This document shows, piece after piece, positions 10,214 to 22,124 of a stretch of DNA of 64,000 nucleotides. Both the position numbers and the translations under genes were made by a program. Source of the DNA: Chiloscyllium plagiosum (lineage: Eukaryota); NCBI RefSeq assembly GCF_004010195.1, contig NC_057752.1, positions 1,805,976-1,869,975 on the forward strand. The letters are read 5' to 3'. The notes below the pieces were generated by a model, which was given only the letters and a program-made list of their open reading frames with translations, had not been told where the DNA came from and did not search any database. Within the stretch, counting starts at the first letter, position 1, and every line of letters begins with the position of its first letter.

Positions 10214-12688
10214 TACAACCACATACATTGTTTTTCTTAAAAAGGAACACTGATTATCTCAGCTGAGCTGTATTATCACGCGATTATTGTATCTGGAAAT
10301 GTGGGTGCGTCGTCATTGGATGTCAAAATGTTCTGGTGAATGGTCATGACTAGTGACTGACCAGTGCAAATCCACAATCGCGTGACATTATCTATCCCCC
10401 CTGCTGCCTTGATTAACGTTTATGGTTCAGGTCGTTACTGAGGGAGGTATGATAAGGGAAGGTATTCCGGCTAACAGTTTGATCAGTAATCATTGATGTT
10501 TGCAGGATTGTGGGTGCTTTAATAAAAATGTGCTGGGATTCCTTTCACCCCTCCTTCCCTCATAACTCTTCATCAATTTTGTCTTGCGAATTAATCACCA
10601 AACGTACCCCTCCCACAGTGTGATCATCAATCTGAAGCACAGCAGAACTGCAGCTCAGGAATTATAGCACCACAATATACCAAGGGCCATGTTGAGAAGG
10701 TCAGACCTTTCACCAAGTCAGCTGTCTGGTGGTATCAAATCTTGGACCAAGGAGCAGCAATGGTGGATGGCTGTGCCTATTGGATCTGCCCTTTCAAACT
10801 CAAGTGATGTACTGTGCAAGGGTTGGAGGAAGAAATCAGATTAAATTATCGAAACTGGTCAATCACTAGGCACAAGAGAGGGTGATGAATACCAATAATT
10901 AGGAGAAGAATGACTCTATTTAAACACATTGGATGCCAAGTGTACAAAAAAATGTAAAGGATTGAAAGGGGCTGAATAAGGCACAAAATTCCAGGGCGAA
11001 ACAGCTACCAGATATTTGCTGTTCACTGATTATAACAGATTGTGTCAGGAGGTCAAACAATGGAGGTGCAGTACAGAAGTAAGAATTTTATGTCAGGTGT
11101 TTTTTTTAACACTTTATGTCACCAATGTGCCCTGTAAAGACTTCTCTATATTAATGCAGGCAAGTCACAGCCAGAGGCCAAACTACTGTCTCACTGAGTT
11201 CAGTATCAAATCCATTCCATACAAGATTATCACAGGCATCCTTCATGGCTTTGTCAATGTGTAGGACAAGTTATAGCTAGGGTTGTTAATCCAGGGGCAA
11301 TGTACATCTCTTGATAAGACACAAGGGGAACAATTTGAAATCATTGTTATTGTAAATCCATTTGTGTATGAAACACTGGCTCTCCCTTTAGGCCATAGGT
11401 TACACAGTTTGATACCCTTCAGAGGTTATCTTCCTCCTCATTACTCAGAGATCAAGATTCATCCTATTATCCCCAATTCTAACTCAATCTTACCCAGGAC
11501 CTCAATGATACAGAATTACAACCTGCAGACTTTAATAATCCCAGCTGAGTACTACTTCAAGGTTTATCTCACCTTTCCCCTCTGTCCAGCTTTGCTGGTA
11601 TCTTGTACAAATCTACCCCTTGCCAGTCATTTGCTACCCTTGAATGTCTATTCCTATTGGTATCTATACTTCCCCAGGATTGAAGAGATAGCTGCAGTTT
11701 TGAATCTGTAACCACACCGAGACACTTTTTCAGGACATTGCAGAAGGGCCAGGTTCCAACTCCTGCATAATTCCCACAAAAGCAGATCGATTCTGGGCTT
11801 GTGGATTCCAAGAGTCACCCATCTCCCACAAGTTTCTAATACGACATCCCTCCTCAGTGTGGTGTGATGAGTGAGTACAAAGCTCCCTGGGTGAATCATT
11901 CAAGTGTAAGAATCTTCAAAATGTTGCACAGAAGGTGCAGCTGGCTCAGTTAATCTGAGGTACTTTCCATCTCAAAGTCCTTAACCTGCACTTTTAGAAA
12001 GGGCAGAAGCAAGTTTCAAATTATTTGAATAGCCACGTAATCATTAAAGGGTACATTTAGTGATCCAAGTCCCCTTGGGAAATCTAACTCTAAGGGTTAA
12101 AGGGGTGAAAGGGGATGGGGGAGAAAGCAGGAACAGGGACTGAGTTGGATGATCAGCCAGGATCGTTTTGAATGGAGGAACAGGCTCAAAGAGTTGAATG
12201 GCCAATTCCTGCTTCTGTGTTTCTACCTACTGCTGATATGACCCTACGCTCAAAGGAAGTGTGGATTTGAGCAACCCACCAATGAATCTGAAATGTTGAT
12301 TATAATTAGGATCTGTAACTGTTAGCTCCAGGACAGGGACAGCAAAGCTGGCCATGAGCAACTAGCCAGTGAGATAACTTGATATGAAAAAACTGCTTCT
12401 AAACGAAAAAGCTGTTGCTAACAACTCGTCTATTCATGATTTGTTGACTAAGGTCCCAGGAGATAAAAGCAGAGGGAGGAACGCTGGTAAGAGAGGCACC
12501 GTGAGAGAACCTGGAGCAGGGTATTAGACTTTGGTGATAAAAATGACGACATCTTTGTCTAGATTTCCAGAATTCTGGGGCAGGCCGAACAAACCAGTGT
12601 CGATATGAAACACAGGGTGCTCCAACTCAGAGAAGATAAAAGCAGATGCAATCAGGAAATGAAAACAGTCACCCTCTACAGCCAAAGG

Positions 12689-12770
12689 GATTTGAGACTC
12701 AAGCAGTTGTGAGCTCCTTTATAAAGGGGCCAGATCCCACTCCCACCCCACAGCCCGAAAGAAGCCAATC
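12689..12770 (-). promoter_or_regulatory. Candidate Pol II core promoter (CCAAT box, CACCC/GT box, TATA, Inr)
   Basis: TATAAA starts at 12723, exactly 30 nt before an Inr match TCAAATC (+1 = 12693). CCCACCCC at 12742-12749 and AGCCAATC at 12763-12770 (about -75). Confidence 0.45.
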
Positions 12771-13598
12771 CACTCCATCAAGCCAAATAGCAGGCACTGC
12801 CTTCGATGGAAGTGCGGCTTGTCTGTAGACACTTGCTTCTTTGTCTGAACAAGTGACTCTTTTGGCGTACAAGCCATGCATGAAAACCTCCAAAGAGTTT
12901 CAACTGGAATTGGGGGGGTGCGAGCAAGGGATCTGGACCTTTGAGCTGATCGAAGGCATGGCAAAATACTGATCAGCTGCAAAGCATACAATATCTGTGA
13001 ACGAACCAAAACTGTAGCATAAGGGGGTGAACGCTGAGGCAGGTTTCACTCTCGATGGTTCAAGCAGTGAGAGCCTTTAAGGTGCGATTGGAAATGAGGA
13101 ACTTGGCTTTCCTTTGACACTGTGCTGAAAGGGCAGTTTGGTTCACTTCAGCTTAGCACTGAACCTGACCTGATACTGCATTCTCCTCCAATCAACTCAG
13201 AGACATTTGTTTAATCATCTTGGTGTTAACGACATAACATCGCACATTCTCACCAAAGGGCTATATTTTTGGAATTGTGCAAACTCTCCCCATGACTGGG
13301 AAGAGCTCGTACCTGTTTATACAGTGTCCAGAAATCCACCCCTTCCCCAACTCCTGTGTTCTGGAGAGACACTGGAGTGTAACCTCAAGAGATAAGAAAT
13401 TGAAGTTGGGAGGGGGGGATTGCTAACAGCCAGTCCTCATGCATCCCATCAGCTGGAGGACCTAGCAGAAGCCTCCTTGACCTGCAGGAGGGAAGTAACA
13501 CAGAGAGAGTACTTCAACAGGCTCCCCCTTTCACAAACCTCCATTCAAAACGGGTGCTGTCGGCCAGGGCTGCATTTCATTGAAAGCATTAGTAATTA

Positions 13599-13916
13599 AG
13601 GGTGGCACGGTGGCTCAGTGGTTAGCACTGCTGCCTCACAGTACCAGGGTCCCAGGTTCGATTCCAGCCTCAGGTGACTGTCAGTGTGGAGTTTGCACAT
13701 TCTCCCCGTGTCTGTGTGGGTTTGCTGCGGGTGCTCCGGTTTCCTCCCACAGTCCAAAAATGTGCAGGTCAGGGTGAATTGGCCATTCTAAATTGCCCGT
13801 CGTGTTAGGTGCATTAGTCAGAGGGAAATGGGTCTGGGTGGGTAACTCTTCGGAGGGTGAGTGTGGACTTGTTGGGCTGAAGGGCCTGTTTTCACACTGT
13901 AGGGAATCGAATCTAA
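13599..13916 (+). mobile_element. Full-length HE1-type SINE
   Basis: GGTGGCACGGTGGCTCAGTGGTTAGCACTGCTGCCTCACAG, GGTTCGATTCC box B, conserved core and tail GGGCCTGTTTTCACACTGTAGGGA. Confidence 0.9.
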
Positions 13917-14144
13917 TTACTGCCATGGTGGGTGCCAGAAGTCAACAAAGCAAGGACAGAAACAAACAGATCCTCTGGCATCCTGTTTTATGTTTGAGCA
14001 GTGCCCACTGAACCCCTACACAACGGGACTGTCCAGTGTCAAGTCCAACAGCTGGCAACCTTAGGTTGGCACAGGCCTGAGGGCAATGTTGTGGAATGAT
14101 GTATTGCCTGGACAGAGCTAAAGGCAAGGCCAAAGACTGGCATA

Positions 14145-14412
14145 CAAGAAGAGTATTGAGCCCCTTGAGCCTGCTCTGTTGTCCAATAGGAGCATGGCTG
14201 AACTGGCTGTGGTCACAATGCCACTGACCTGCCTATACCTTGTTACCCAGGAATCTACCTCCGTCTTCTAAATATCCAATGCCCCAGCCTCCAATGCTCC
14301 TTGGGGAGAGAAATTCCACAGATTGATGACCTTCTGAGAAAATAAAATTCCACTGCTCTGTCTTAAATGGGAGAGCCCTTATTTTAAACTGTGTCCCCTT
14401 ATTCTGGACTCT
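14145..14412 (-). mobile_element. CR1 LINE 3' fragment
   Basis: Minus-strand translation ...GTQFKIRALPFKTE...FS, followed by CR1 3'UTR-like sequence. Confidence 0.65.
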
Positions 14413-16820
14413 CGGACTCTCAGCACTGATAAGTTTGTCCCCCTCTCCCATATTTATACAGTACTGTACAAATGCACAAAGACTGTCATTTTGCAGATTT
14501 ACATGTCAGTGAAAAGGAGTGTTCCTGTCCAATTTGATGCAGTCGCACTAATTGGTCCTCATCTGTCAATTGATAACCATGGCAGACCAAAGAGACTTCA
14601 ATCTCCAATAGATAATGCACGCCTTGCAACTGAAGCACCGATTTAATTTAACACTGTACAGTACCATACACTAAAGGTTACTAACAGTAATTGTTGCTGC
14701 TGAAGGTAGATTTTTCCTTAAAAATTCAGTAGACATGAATTCAGTGTCTATACTCATGAAACAGGTCCCAAGCGACGAGACCAGCAAACAGTAATGTCAA
14801 CCAGATTTTAGCTTTCAATGAACATGGCATCACGCGGCACTCTAAGGATACGGGCACCAGATGTGGCACCTCTGTATAATGTCTGGGGCAGGAAGGCTCT
14901 CTGAATTTCTCTACCCGCCTGCCCAACACCAAGACCTGACACAGTGCAAGCCAATTACTGCAACTGTCAGCCGCCCAAAAGCATCCTGACTCTGCAAGAC
15001 TTAATCTCCAAAATAATTGGCCATTACAGAAATGAGGTTCTCATGGTTTCGTGGTGCAAGAATAGAGCATCTGACTCTCAATCAAAAAATTGCGTGCTTG
15101 AGCAACAAGGGCTCTTGCGGTGTAGTGGTAGTGTCCCTACCTGGAGGCCTTGGGTTCAAGTCCCACCTACTCCAGAGGTGTGCAATCATATCTGTGAATA
15201 GGTTTGTAGAAAAATATGTGGAAGCGATGGACTTGTGTAATAATGTGAGCACAGCTGTGAGGTAACATCAAAGTGGACATTTGAAGCATATATTTTTTTA
15301 AAAAAACTTTGAAGGTGCCAAATTAAAAGTAACAACTGAGAGCCTAGTCCTGTTCATCAGCCTGTTTCAGAATACGCTTCTGAAACATCCTCGATGTGCT
15401 GAGACATTCAAGTGCACAGATTCATTCAGGGGTGAGAGAAGCAAACAGAACACTGTATCTCTGTAACAGGAGCCATAACTGTATGTTTCTGATTACCACA
15501 GTGAAACCTTTTCAGGCTTGGTGTCCAGTTAAGACTGGATTGATTTGACTTGAAGAGGCAGTCACTCCAACTGGATTTCCCTCCAGCCTCAATGTTCATA
15601 CAACCCATAGGGGGAGGGGAAGGATTATTTTAACATTTACCAGATTTCAATCACTGCCCATTTCAAAGGAATTTTGGAGCGTGGTGACAAAGCAGATTGT
15701 GGACACTTCCTTAACCTACAGCCTCACTTCATGGTTCACTTCAGAGTTGGACAAGTGGAAGCTTGGTGTCATTTGCACATGTACTGCAAAGGCTGTTAAT
15801 CCCTTCATTACGCTGAGGGGAAGAGATGGAGAGAGAAACAGCAACTCCAAAACACAGAGAGCAAACAGTGGACATCACTGCAGGTCTTACAGAGAAAGGA
15901 GGGTCTCAGAGTAGAATATTGACCGAGGGTCTCAACTGAAACCTCAAAGTACATCTTCCTTTTTCATACCTGCTGTATTTTCGAGCATTCCTGTTTTTGA
16001 ATATACTTGAAACACTGTGGTCTTCTGGTAATGAAGATATAACTGAATCCTCATACCTCAATTCACATTCATCAGAAGGGAGCTCTGACTTTGACTAAAC
16101 CATCTAGTTTGTGTGGTAGCCTTTATTACGTTCAGTTTTAGTCTCTGATAAAAATGACTTTCTTCTTAAAAAGAAGTAATGGATTAGGATTCACTGTCAG
16201 CATCACTGATCTCCACACTCTTGTGTTGCATCTGTACCGACAGGCCAAACACTGGCCTTAGCCCCATAGCGTTCTGTCAGTAAGTTGTCTGGCAATATAT
16301 AACGGGCCTGTAGTGTCACCTAGGAGATGCCAATGTCATTGAAGTACTGAAAGTGGGCAGTTACCAGCCTGTTTGATGATGTGTTTTAGATGCTTAGAGT
16401 CATCAGTCAGGTCCTGAGAGTGGCCATTTTGAGTTCATGCTGCAGAACAGCTGTTACCCAAAGGACTTCAACAAAAAAGAAAGAGATTTCGATTACATGG
16501 GCACATGCTGACACAGGAGTCAGCAATGGGGGAAACACTGAAACAACCATGTGTGGAGGGAGACTCTCAACATGGATGAGTTGATAGGCCACAGGCTGTA
16601 CCATCCTGTTTATGAAGTGAGCCAGGAACTGGAGTGAGTTGGCAACAGCAATTTTACACCACGCACCCTTGAAAAGAATGAAATCAAGACTACTATCGTT
16701 AGTTTTACCAACACATTGAGGTTGATTTACTAAGTTTGGCTAATGGTCTTTTAAAAATAATTCGTTGTTCAACCCCTCAAATCATTCATTTACCTTTGAT
16801 GACAAGCTGAGTAAGATTCC

Positions 16821-16984
16821 ACATTGTTAAAAGGAGACATGAAATTGAATCTTTCTGTCTTGCCCTTATCAGGGCTGACATGTAAAAAATCCACCCAAAG
16901 ATTGCCTTTTTAGAAGTTGACTTCTTGCATTTCAAGTCCAATGAGTGCAAAAAGATTCAATTCCATGTCTCCTTTGAACAATGT
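16821..16984. repeat. 164-bp foldback (inverted repeat, arms 32/34 identical)
   Basis: ACATTGTTAAAAGGAGACATGAAATTGAATCTTT (16821-16854) versus the reverse complement of 16951-16984, ACATTGTTCAAAGGAGACATGGAATTGAATCTTT. Confidence 0.9.
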
Positions 16985-19316
16985 TTAAGTTCTGTCTTGC
17001 CAAGCAATTATTAATAAGGTTCCTTTATTTTTCCTTACACTCCTGAAAACCAGTAGTTTAATCCTATACAGTATCATGGACTCACGCAGTCCTTTACTCT
17101 ATACTGTTCCACTATTAGTTATCATCTTTGAAGTGTAGCCTCAATATATCCTGTCACAGTCAAATACGCAACTTTAGCCCAAACTTGCTCACAGAATGCC
17201 TTCCTGATCTGGGCGGCTGAATGGAGGTTAGAGAAATGTGGGAGAGAAAGAGAAAATAGAGATCATGGCAGAGGAGAGGGCAAAAACAGAGAAAGAGAGA
17301 GACCATAACATGAGTGCATCATCTTTACTCTCATATTAGCTACTAACGGACTGAGAGATGTGCTTGTCTCGAGGTGACCTCACTTACTGGGAGGAGAGGG
17401 AACGGTAGGCGGGAGAGGACGGACTCAAGATATTTCATATCTCCTCATGTACCTCTTCACCCAAAAGCCCATCTTCCCTGAAGTGTTCTGCAAGATTGTC
17501 CAGGTGATTATACTTGTGATAGGCAGTTTAATGTGACACAAGTGTCAGATACAAATCAATGGGGACAAGGCTACCAAGGCTGAATCTTGAAACAAGTCCC
17601 AGACACTTTGGTGGAATTGGTAAAGGGTCAGTTTGAAAGCACTTCCTCCTGTAAGAAGGTTTCTCTTTCATGTCTCAGACCTGGGTTCTACTGAGCAAAG
17701 TCTGCGCTCACATTCTCACCTCAGAACATAACAGAACAAAGTGCTTTTGCTGTGATGGAAATGGGGACATATTTGCCTGTCAAACCGTAGTCCGTTGGAA
17801 GATGATAATAGAAGGCGACTCCATCCATCCACTGGCCTACCCCAGGTTTAGGAAGGCAATGTACAGAAATGTAGTGATGTCAACTTGTGCAAATCTTTGA
17901 ACACAGTGGGAGAATTGGTACTCACTGTTGGAAACCTGTTCCCATTCCTGCAGTGGCAGGGACAGTTAGTTCAATCAACTCACCCTATAATGAACTGGAT
18001 CAGAAGCACACATGAATTGGGAGTGGTGTGGTGGTAGCGTCCTTAGTTCGAAGACTAGGTGTCCTGGGTTCAAATCCCACCAGCTTTGTTTTCCCCTCTA
18101 CCTAGAAATGCTACTACATACCTCTGGATGCTTTTTTTAAAAAACTACCAACCATGTTTCTCATTATAAAAAAACTCAGCTCCTCAGGGCACTGTGACAA
18201 CAGCAAAAGGAGATAGAGAGGGAGAGGACTAAATTCACACAGAGTTAGAGGGGGTTGTAAAGGGTGCTAATGGATCCTGAGCACTGGAATAACAACTCTA
18301 TAACTGGCTGATGAGAAAAGGGTGATGCTGATTGGATGAGATGAATGGGGCTGGGGTGAGTGAAATGGCATTGACCGATTGGAGTTGGGCCGAATGCCCA
18401 TTTTTGTGTCAGTCTGTATCCTCGCTGTTTGTGGAGTCTTGCTGTGCTCCCCCTAGCCGCTGCAGTAACCAACTGCGATATCCCCCCCCCCATAGGCCTG
18501 AAACGCCACCAAGCCATTCACAGGGTGATGAGGTAGCAAGCGCCCCGTCAAACACAGGTTCTCACCTTCCAAATGTTCACTATTTCTTTCAGACGGCCAC
18601 TTGATTTTCAACATGTCGCCCTGGCCTCTGAATGCCCTAGTCTGTGAGTTAACCCTCCAGGCTCCAGGCTGCTGCCCAAGCACGTTAGCATCAACGTGTC
18701 TCAGGGAGTCAGCAACAGAACAGTCAGACACACGCTGAATTGAGTTGGTTGCATGAGTCAACAGGTCTCAGCTTGCTCTACATGTTATCAATACTGAAAC
18801 CATCAACTCAGGACATCTGTCAGGGAACCCCCTTTTGAGTGCAACATATGCTGGCTGAGAATGAGAAAACTCTATTGTCAGCTTGATAATGGAATAGGGT
18901 TGAAATTCCTGCTTTCCCTCAGAAATATTACACTGAACTTGGAAACCCAAATGATCATCTGATCCCTTCAACAGATATCAGAGTCAAGGCAGGATAGTGG
19001 AAGCGTGGTTTGGCGGGTGGGGAGAGGGGTTCATTATTTGTGGAACTGACTCGTACAAATGACACCAAGTCTGTTAGTGGTTCGGTCGCTGGCACCAGCA
19101 AAGTCTGAAGGGCACGCAAACATCGCAGCAGAAAGTTCTCCAGTGGCAGTTTTGGGTTCGGATGCAAATTTTGTAGCTCCCACTGTCTCAAAACGTCACC
19201 TTGTTCATTTTCAGTGCAGCTGGTTGTTGCTATAATCAGAAACATACGTGGTTTATGTTTGGGGTGGGGTTTTTTTTTTAGGCCGCATTATTAAAGTATA
19301 CAAAAATAAATAAGGT

Positions 19317-19475
19317 TCATGAGTAGCCATCACTGTCAATCCAGTGAGTCATCCATTCCTTCTGATATCGCGTCTTTTTCTCATCCATGTGGAGCTGTCG
19401 CTGTTCTTTGCCAATCCGCACGGCGTGGTATTGTGGGACGGTGTCATTGTAACGGGAACGCTTAAAAAATCCACA
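19317..19475 (-). CDS. ITGA7: Integrin alpha (alpha-6/7 type) terminal exon, B-type cytoplasmic tail CGFFKRSRYNDTVPQYHAVRIGKEQRQLHMDEKKTRYQKEWMTHWIDSDGYS*
   Basis: Acceptor (CT)11GTGTGGTTTGCAG, phase 0 with the TM exon. GFFKR motif and the B-tail signature VPxYHAVxI; TGA at 19319-19317. Family call is strong; ITGA7 versus an ITGA6-like paralogue is less certain. Confidence 0.9.
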   Translation of the reverse strand, partial: CGFFKRSRYNDTVPQYHAVRIGKEQRQLHMDEKKTRYQKEWMTHWIDSDGYS

Positions 19476-19488
19476 CTGCAAACCACAC

Positions 19489-19510
19489 AGAGAGAGAGAG
19501 AGAGAGAGAG
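19489..19510. repeat. (AG)11 microsatellite forming the polypyrimidine tract of the integrin terminal exon
   Basis: Directly visible, 12 nt from the acceptor AG (19477-19476). Confidence 0.9.
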
Positions 19511-20329
19511 CATTTATTTTTGTCTCCGAAATGTGGTACATTCCTAACCAGTCTCGACACCAAGGCCATGGGCTGCTCTTGGTTTCATATAATGCAACAC
19601 ATTGCTTCAGATGCAGCACTCCCAAGCTCCCCCCTTGAATAGCTGTAGTTAAGGGGAGGTGGAGGCCTATCATAACAGGGGAATCCAAGTTCAAATCTCA
19701 CCTAAAGCAGATCATGCAATTTGCATTAAATAAATAGTCTTTAATTACAAATCTAATGATTGCTGTTAAAATCCCACCTGGTTCACTAATCTCCCTTTAA
19801 AGAAGGAAATCTACTCATCTGACTGACATGTATCCATCGATGTGGTTGACCCTTAACTGCCCTCTGGGCAATAAATGCTGTCCATGTTCCCCAACGGAAT
19901 TTTAAAAGGAAGCTCCGCACTATCCAGCGCTGCATGGAAGAGGCCATTCCTCAGCTGCAGTCTCAAACATGGAGTGTCAGCCTGGAGCTTGATTATGGGC
20001 AGCTCAAAGCCAAGCTGAACCAAACCCATTGACAATTTCCCAGCATGCTTTTCTCCCATCCTGCCTCAAGGCCCCATTAGCCACACGGGCTACAGCAGCA
20101 GTAAGGAAGGGAGGAGTTTCCCTCCTGAGGCATTTGTTTGATTTGGGGCACACTCCATTTCTTTTTCTTTCTGAAATACATTTGGCAGTTGTGAAATATT
20201 CTTGAGAAGTCACAAGCTGGTTAGGGCTATCACAACTAAGGCCACCAGTTCTTTGTTGGAGCAGTCTGCTTATTGGGAAATGAGCTGGAATTCATTGAGG
20301 TTCTAGGAGAGCATTGCCTGGACGTCCCA

Positions 20330-20470
20330 GTTCATTGTCCCCCATGCTAGCTCCTGACCAGATCAGGCCCATTGTCCCCAGTGGCAGCTCCTGACCATCA
20401 GGCCCATTGTCCCCAGTGGCAGCTCCTGACCAGATCAGGCCCATTGTCCCCTGTCCCAGCACTTGACCAG
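20330..20470. repeat. Minisatellite, about 3.5 diverged copies of a 37-bp unit (same unit as 21373-21643)
   Basis: Repeated GCTCCTGACCAGATCAGGCCCATTGTCCCC. Confidence 0.85.
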
Positions 20471-20554
20471 GTTAAGCCTGCAATGGGAAAAAATGCAAGG
20501 CCCATTTTGGATGCCGGGGCTGGTCAGAGTTGTCTAAAGGACTTATATCATCCT

Positions 20555-20750
20555 GAGTCAAAAAGTGTGGGGCTGGAAAAGCACAGCTGGTCAGGCAGTA
20601 TCCGAGGGGCAGGAGAGTCAACATTTCGAGCATTAGCTCCGGCCTGAAACGTCAACTCTCCTGCCCCTCGGATGCTGCCTGACCTGCTGTGCCTTTCCAG
20701 CGCCACACTCTCAGCTCTGATCTCCAGCATCTGCAGTCCTCACTTTCTCC
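20555..20750. mobile_element. Palindromic Penelope-type element (two inverted terminal fragments)
   Basis: GCTGGAAAAGCACAGCTGGTCAGGCAGTATCCGAGGGGCAGGAGAGTCAACATTTC is followed by its near reverse complement GAAACGTCAACTCTCCTGCCCCTCGGATGCTGCCTGACCTGCTGTGCCTTTCCAGC. Confidence 0.7.
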
Positions 20751-21372
20751 TTATCTCGTCCTGCACCCACCTAAACTGACACCAGTCAAAAGGCGGAAAC
20801 TCATAACAAATTCTGCCACTGCGGAAGTCCCACTTTCCTTGAGCAGCCATTGGAAGATACACGTGTCTAATGTTTCGAGGCAGGTGGGTACTGTGGTGGG
20901 ATTTGGGAGAGCGAATGGTGGAGCACAGGGTATCATCCCAGTACGTGAATGGGAAGTCCCTGTTCTTGGGGGTCATCTCCATGGAGACAGCGAGCTGTGA
21001 GAACTGGCCAATGAAGAGTTGGGTGAGTCTGTAGCCTCGACTGTGGCTGATCTCCACACACCATCACTGACTGGTAACCAGCGCCTCTCGCCTACCCCCC
21101 TCGGAAATAAGCAAGCTCAGCACAAACGAGGGCTCAAACACACGGCCTGGTCTATGTGTGGCTTCAATTAACATCAGGCGTGACTTCCAGCCAATATAAA
21201 AGTAAAATCCTGCAGATGCTGGAAATCCAAAACAGAAACAGAATGTGCTGGAGAAGCTCAGCAGGTCTGCGGAGAGAGAAACAGAGTTCACGTTGCAAGT
21301 CTGATATGACCTCTTTTAGCTGCAAGGTCATGAGGGGAGCTACAATCTCTTTCTGATAACCATTTTGTCTGA

Positions 21373-21643
21373 GCTCCTGACCAGGTCAGGCCCATTGTCC
21401 CCCGTGCCAGCTCCTGACCAGGTCAGGCCCATTGTACCTTGTGCCAGCTCCTGACCAGGTCAGGCCCAATGTCCCCGTGCCAGCTCCTGACCAGGTCAGG
21501 CCCATTGTCCCCTGTGCCAGCTCCTGACCAGGTCAGGCCCATTGTCCCCCGTGCCAGCTCCTGACTAGGTCAGGCCCATTGTCCCCCATGCCAGCTCCTG
21601 ACCAGGTCAGGCCCATTGTCCCCTGTGCCAGCTCCTGACCAGG
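21373..21643. repeat. Minisatellite, 7 full copies plus a partial copy of a 37-bp unit with internal palindrome CCTGACC-A-GGTCAGG
   Basis: Unit starts at 21373, 21410, 21447, 21483, 21520, 21557, 21594, 21631. Confidence 0.95.
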
Positions 21644-21699
21644 AAGCTCCTTTCCTGAGCTCTTTATTTTACACTCTGCCTCTTCTTGCACAGCAGAGA

Positions 21700-22085
21700 C
21701 AGAGTTGCTTTTATATAGCTTGTTTTACAACCACCGGACAACTCAAAGTGCTCTGCCGCCAATTAGACATTTTTTTTAAGGCACAACAAGCCTTGTCATG
21801 CAGGAAATGTAGCAGCCGACTTGCGCACAGCAGGCTCCCATGGACTGTAACAGTGATCAGATCATCTCCTTTTTGGGATATTTATTGACGGATTGAGGCC
21901 CTCAGGGAGAGCTCCCCCTGCTGTATTAATCTTTTATATCCACCCAAGCAAGGAGATGGGGGGGCCTCCATGTAACAGTTATCCCAAAGCTAGTATCTCT
22001 GACAGTGCGGCACCTCTTCACTCCTGCACTTAAACCTCCCCCAGCCCTGAAGTGGGACCTCAACCAGGAACGATGTTTTCAAGAG
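21700..22085 (-). mobile_element. Old Deu-domain SINE (SacSINE1-like)
   Basis: Reverse complement contains GTGCCGCACTGTCAGAGA...GGTGGATATAAAAGAT...GGGAGCCTGCTGTGCGCAAGTCGGCTGC...GCTATATAAAAGCAA. Confidence 0.6.
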
Positions 22086-22124
22086 ACAAGAGCAACCGAC
22101 TCACTCTTGACGACGCAAAGCAGA

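Noticed and set aside
10290..10360. Possible SECIS element (ATGA...AA...GA)
   Set aside because: No complementary helix II of the right length on either strand, and no selenoprotein ORF.
1..12600. A PDK gene downstream of the integrin, expected from ITGA6-PDK1 and ITGA3-PDK2 synteny
   Set aside because: I saw no SPSPLSMKQFLDFG-type exon or other PDK motif by eye. A tblastn search would settle it.
15113..15200. tRNA-like box A/box B sequences (also 18020-18082 and the SINE heads)
   Set aside because: No cloverleaf or anticodon arm. These are SINE heads, not tRNA genes.
21373..21643. 37-bp palindromic repeats resembling a CRISPR array (also the 29565-29830 and 38187-38640 arrays)
   Set aside because: The units are contiguous with no unique spacers, there are no cas genes, and the context is vertebrate.
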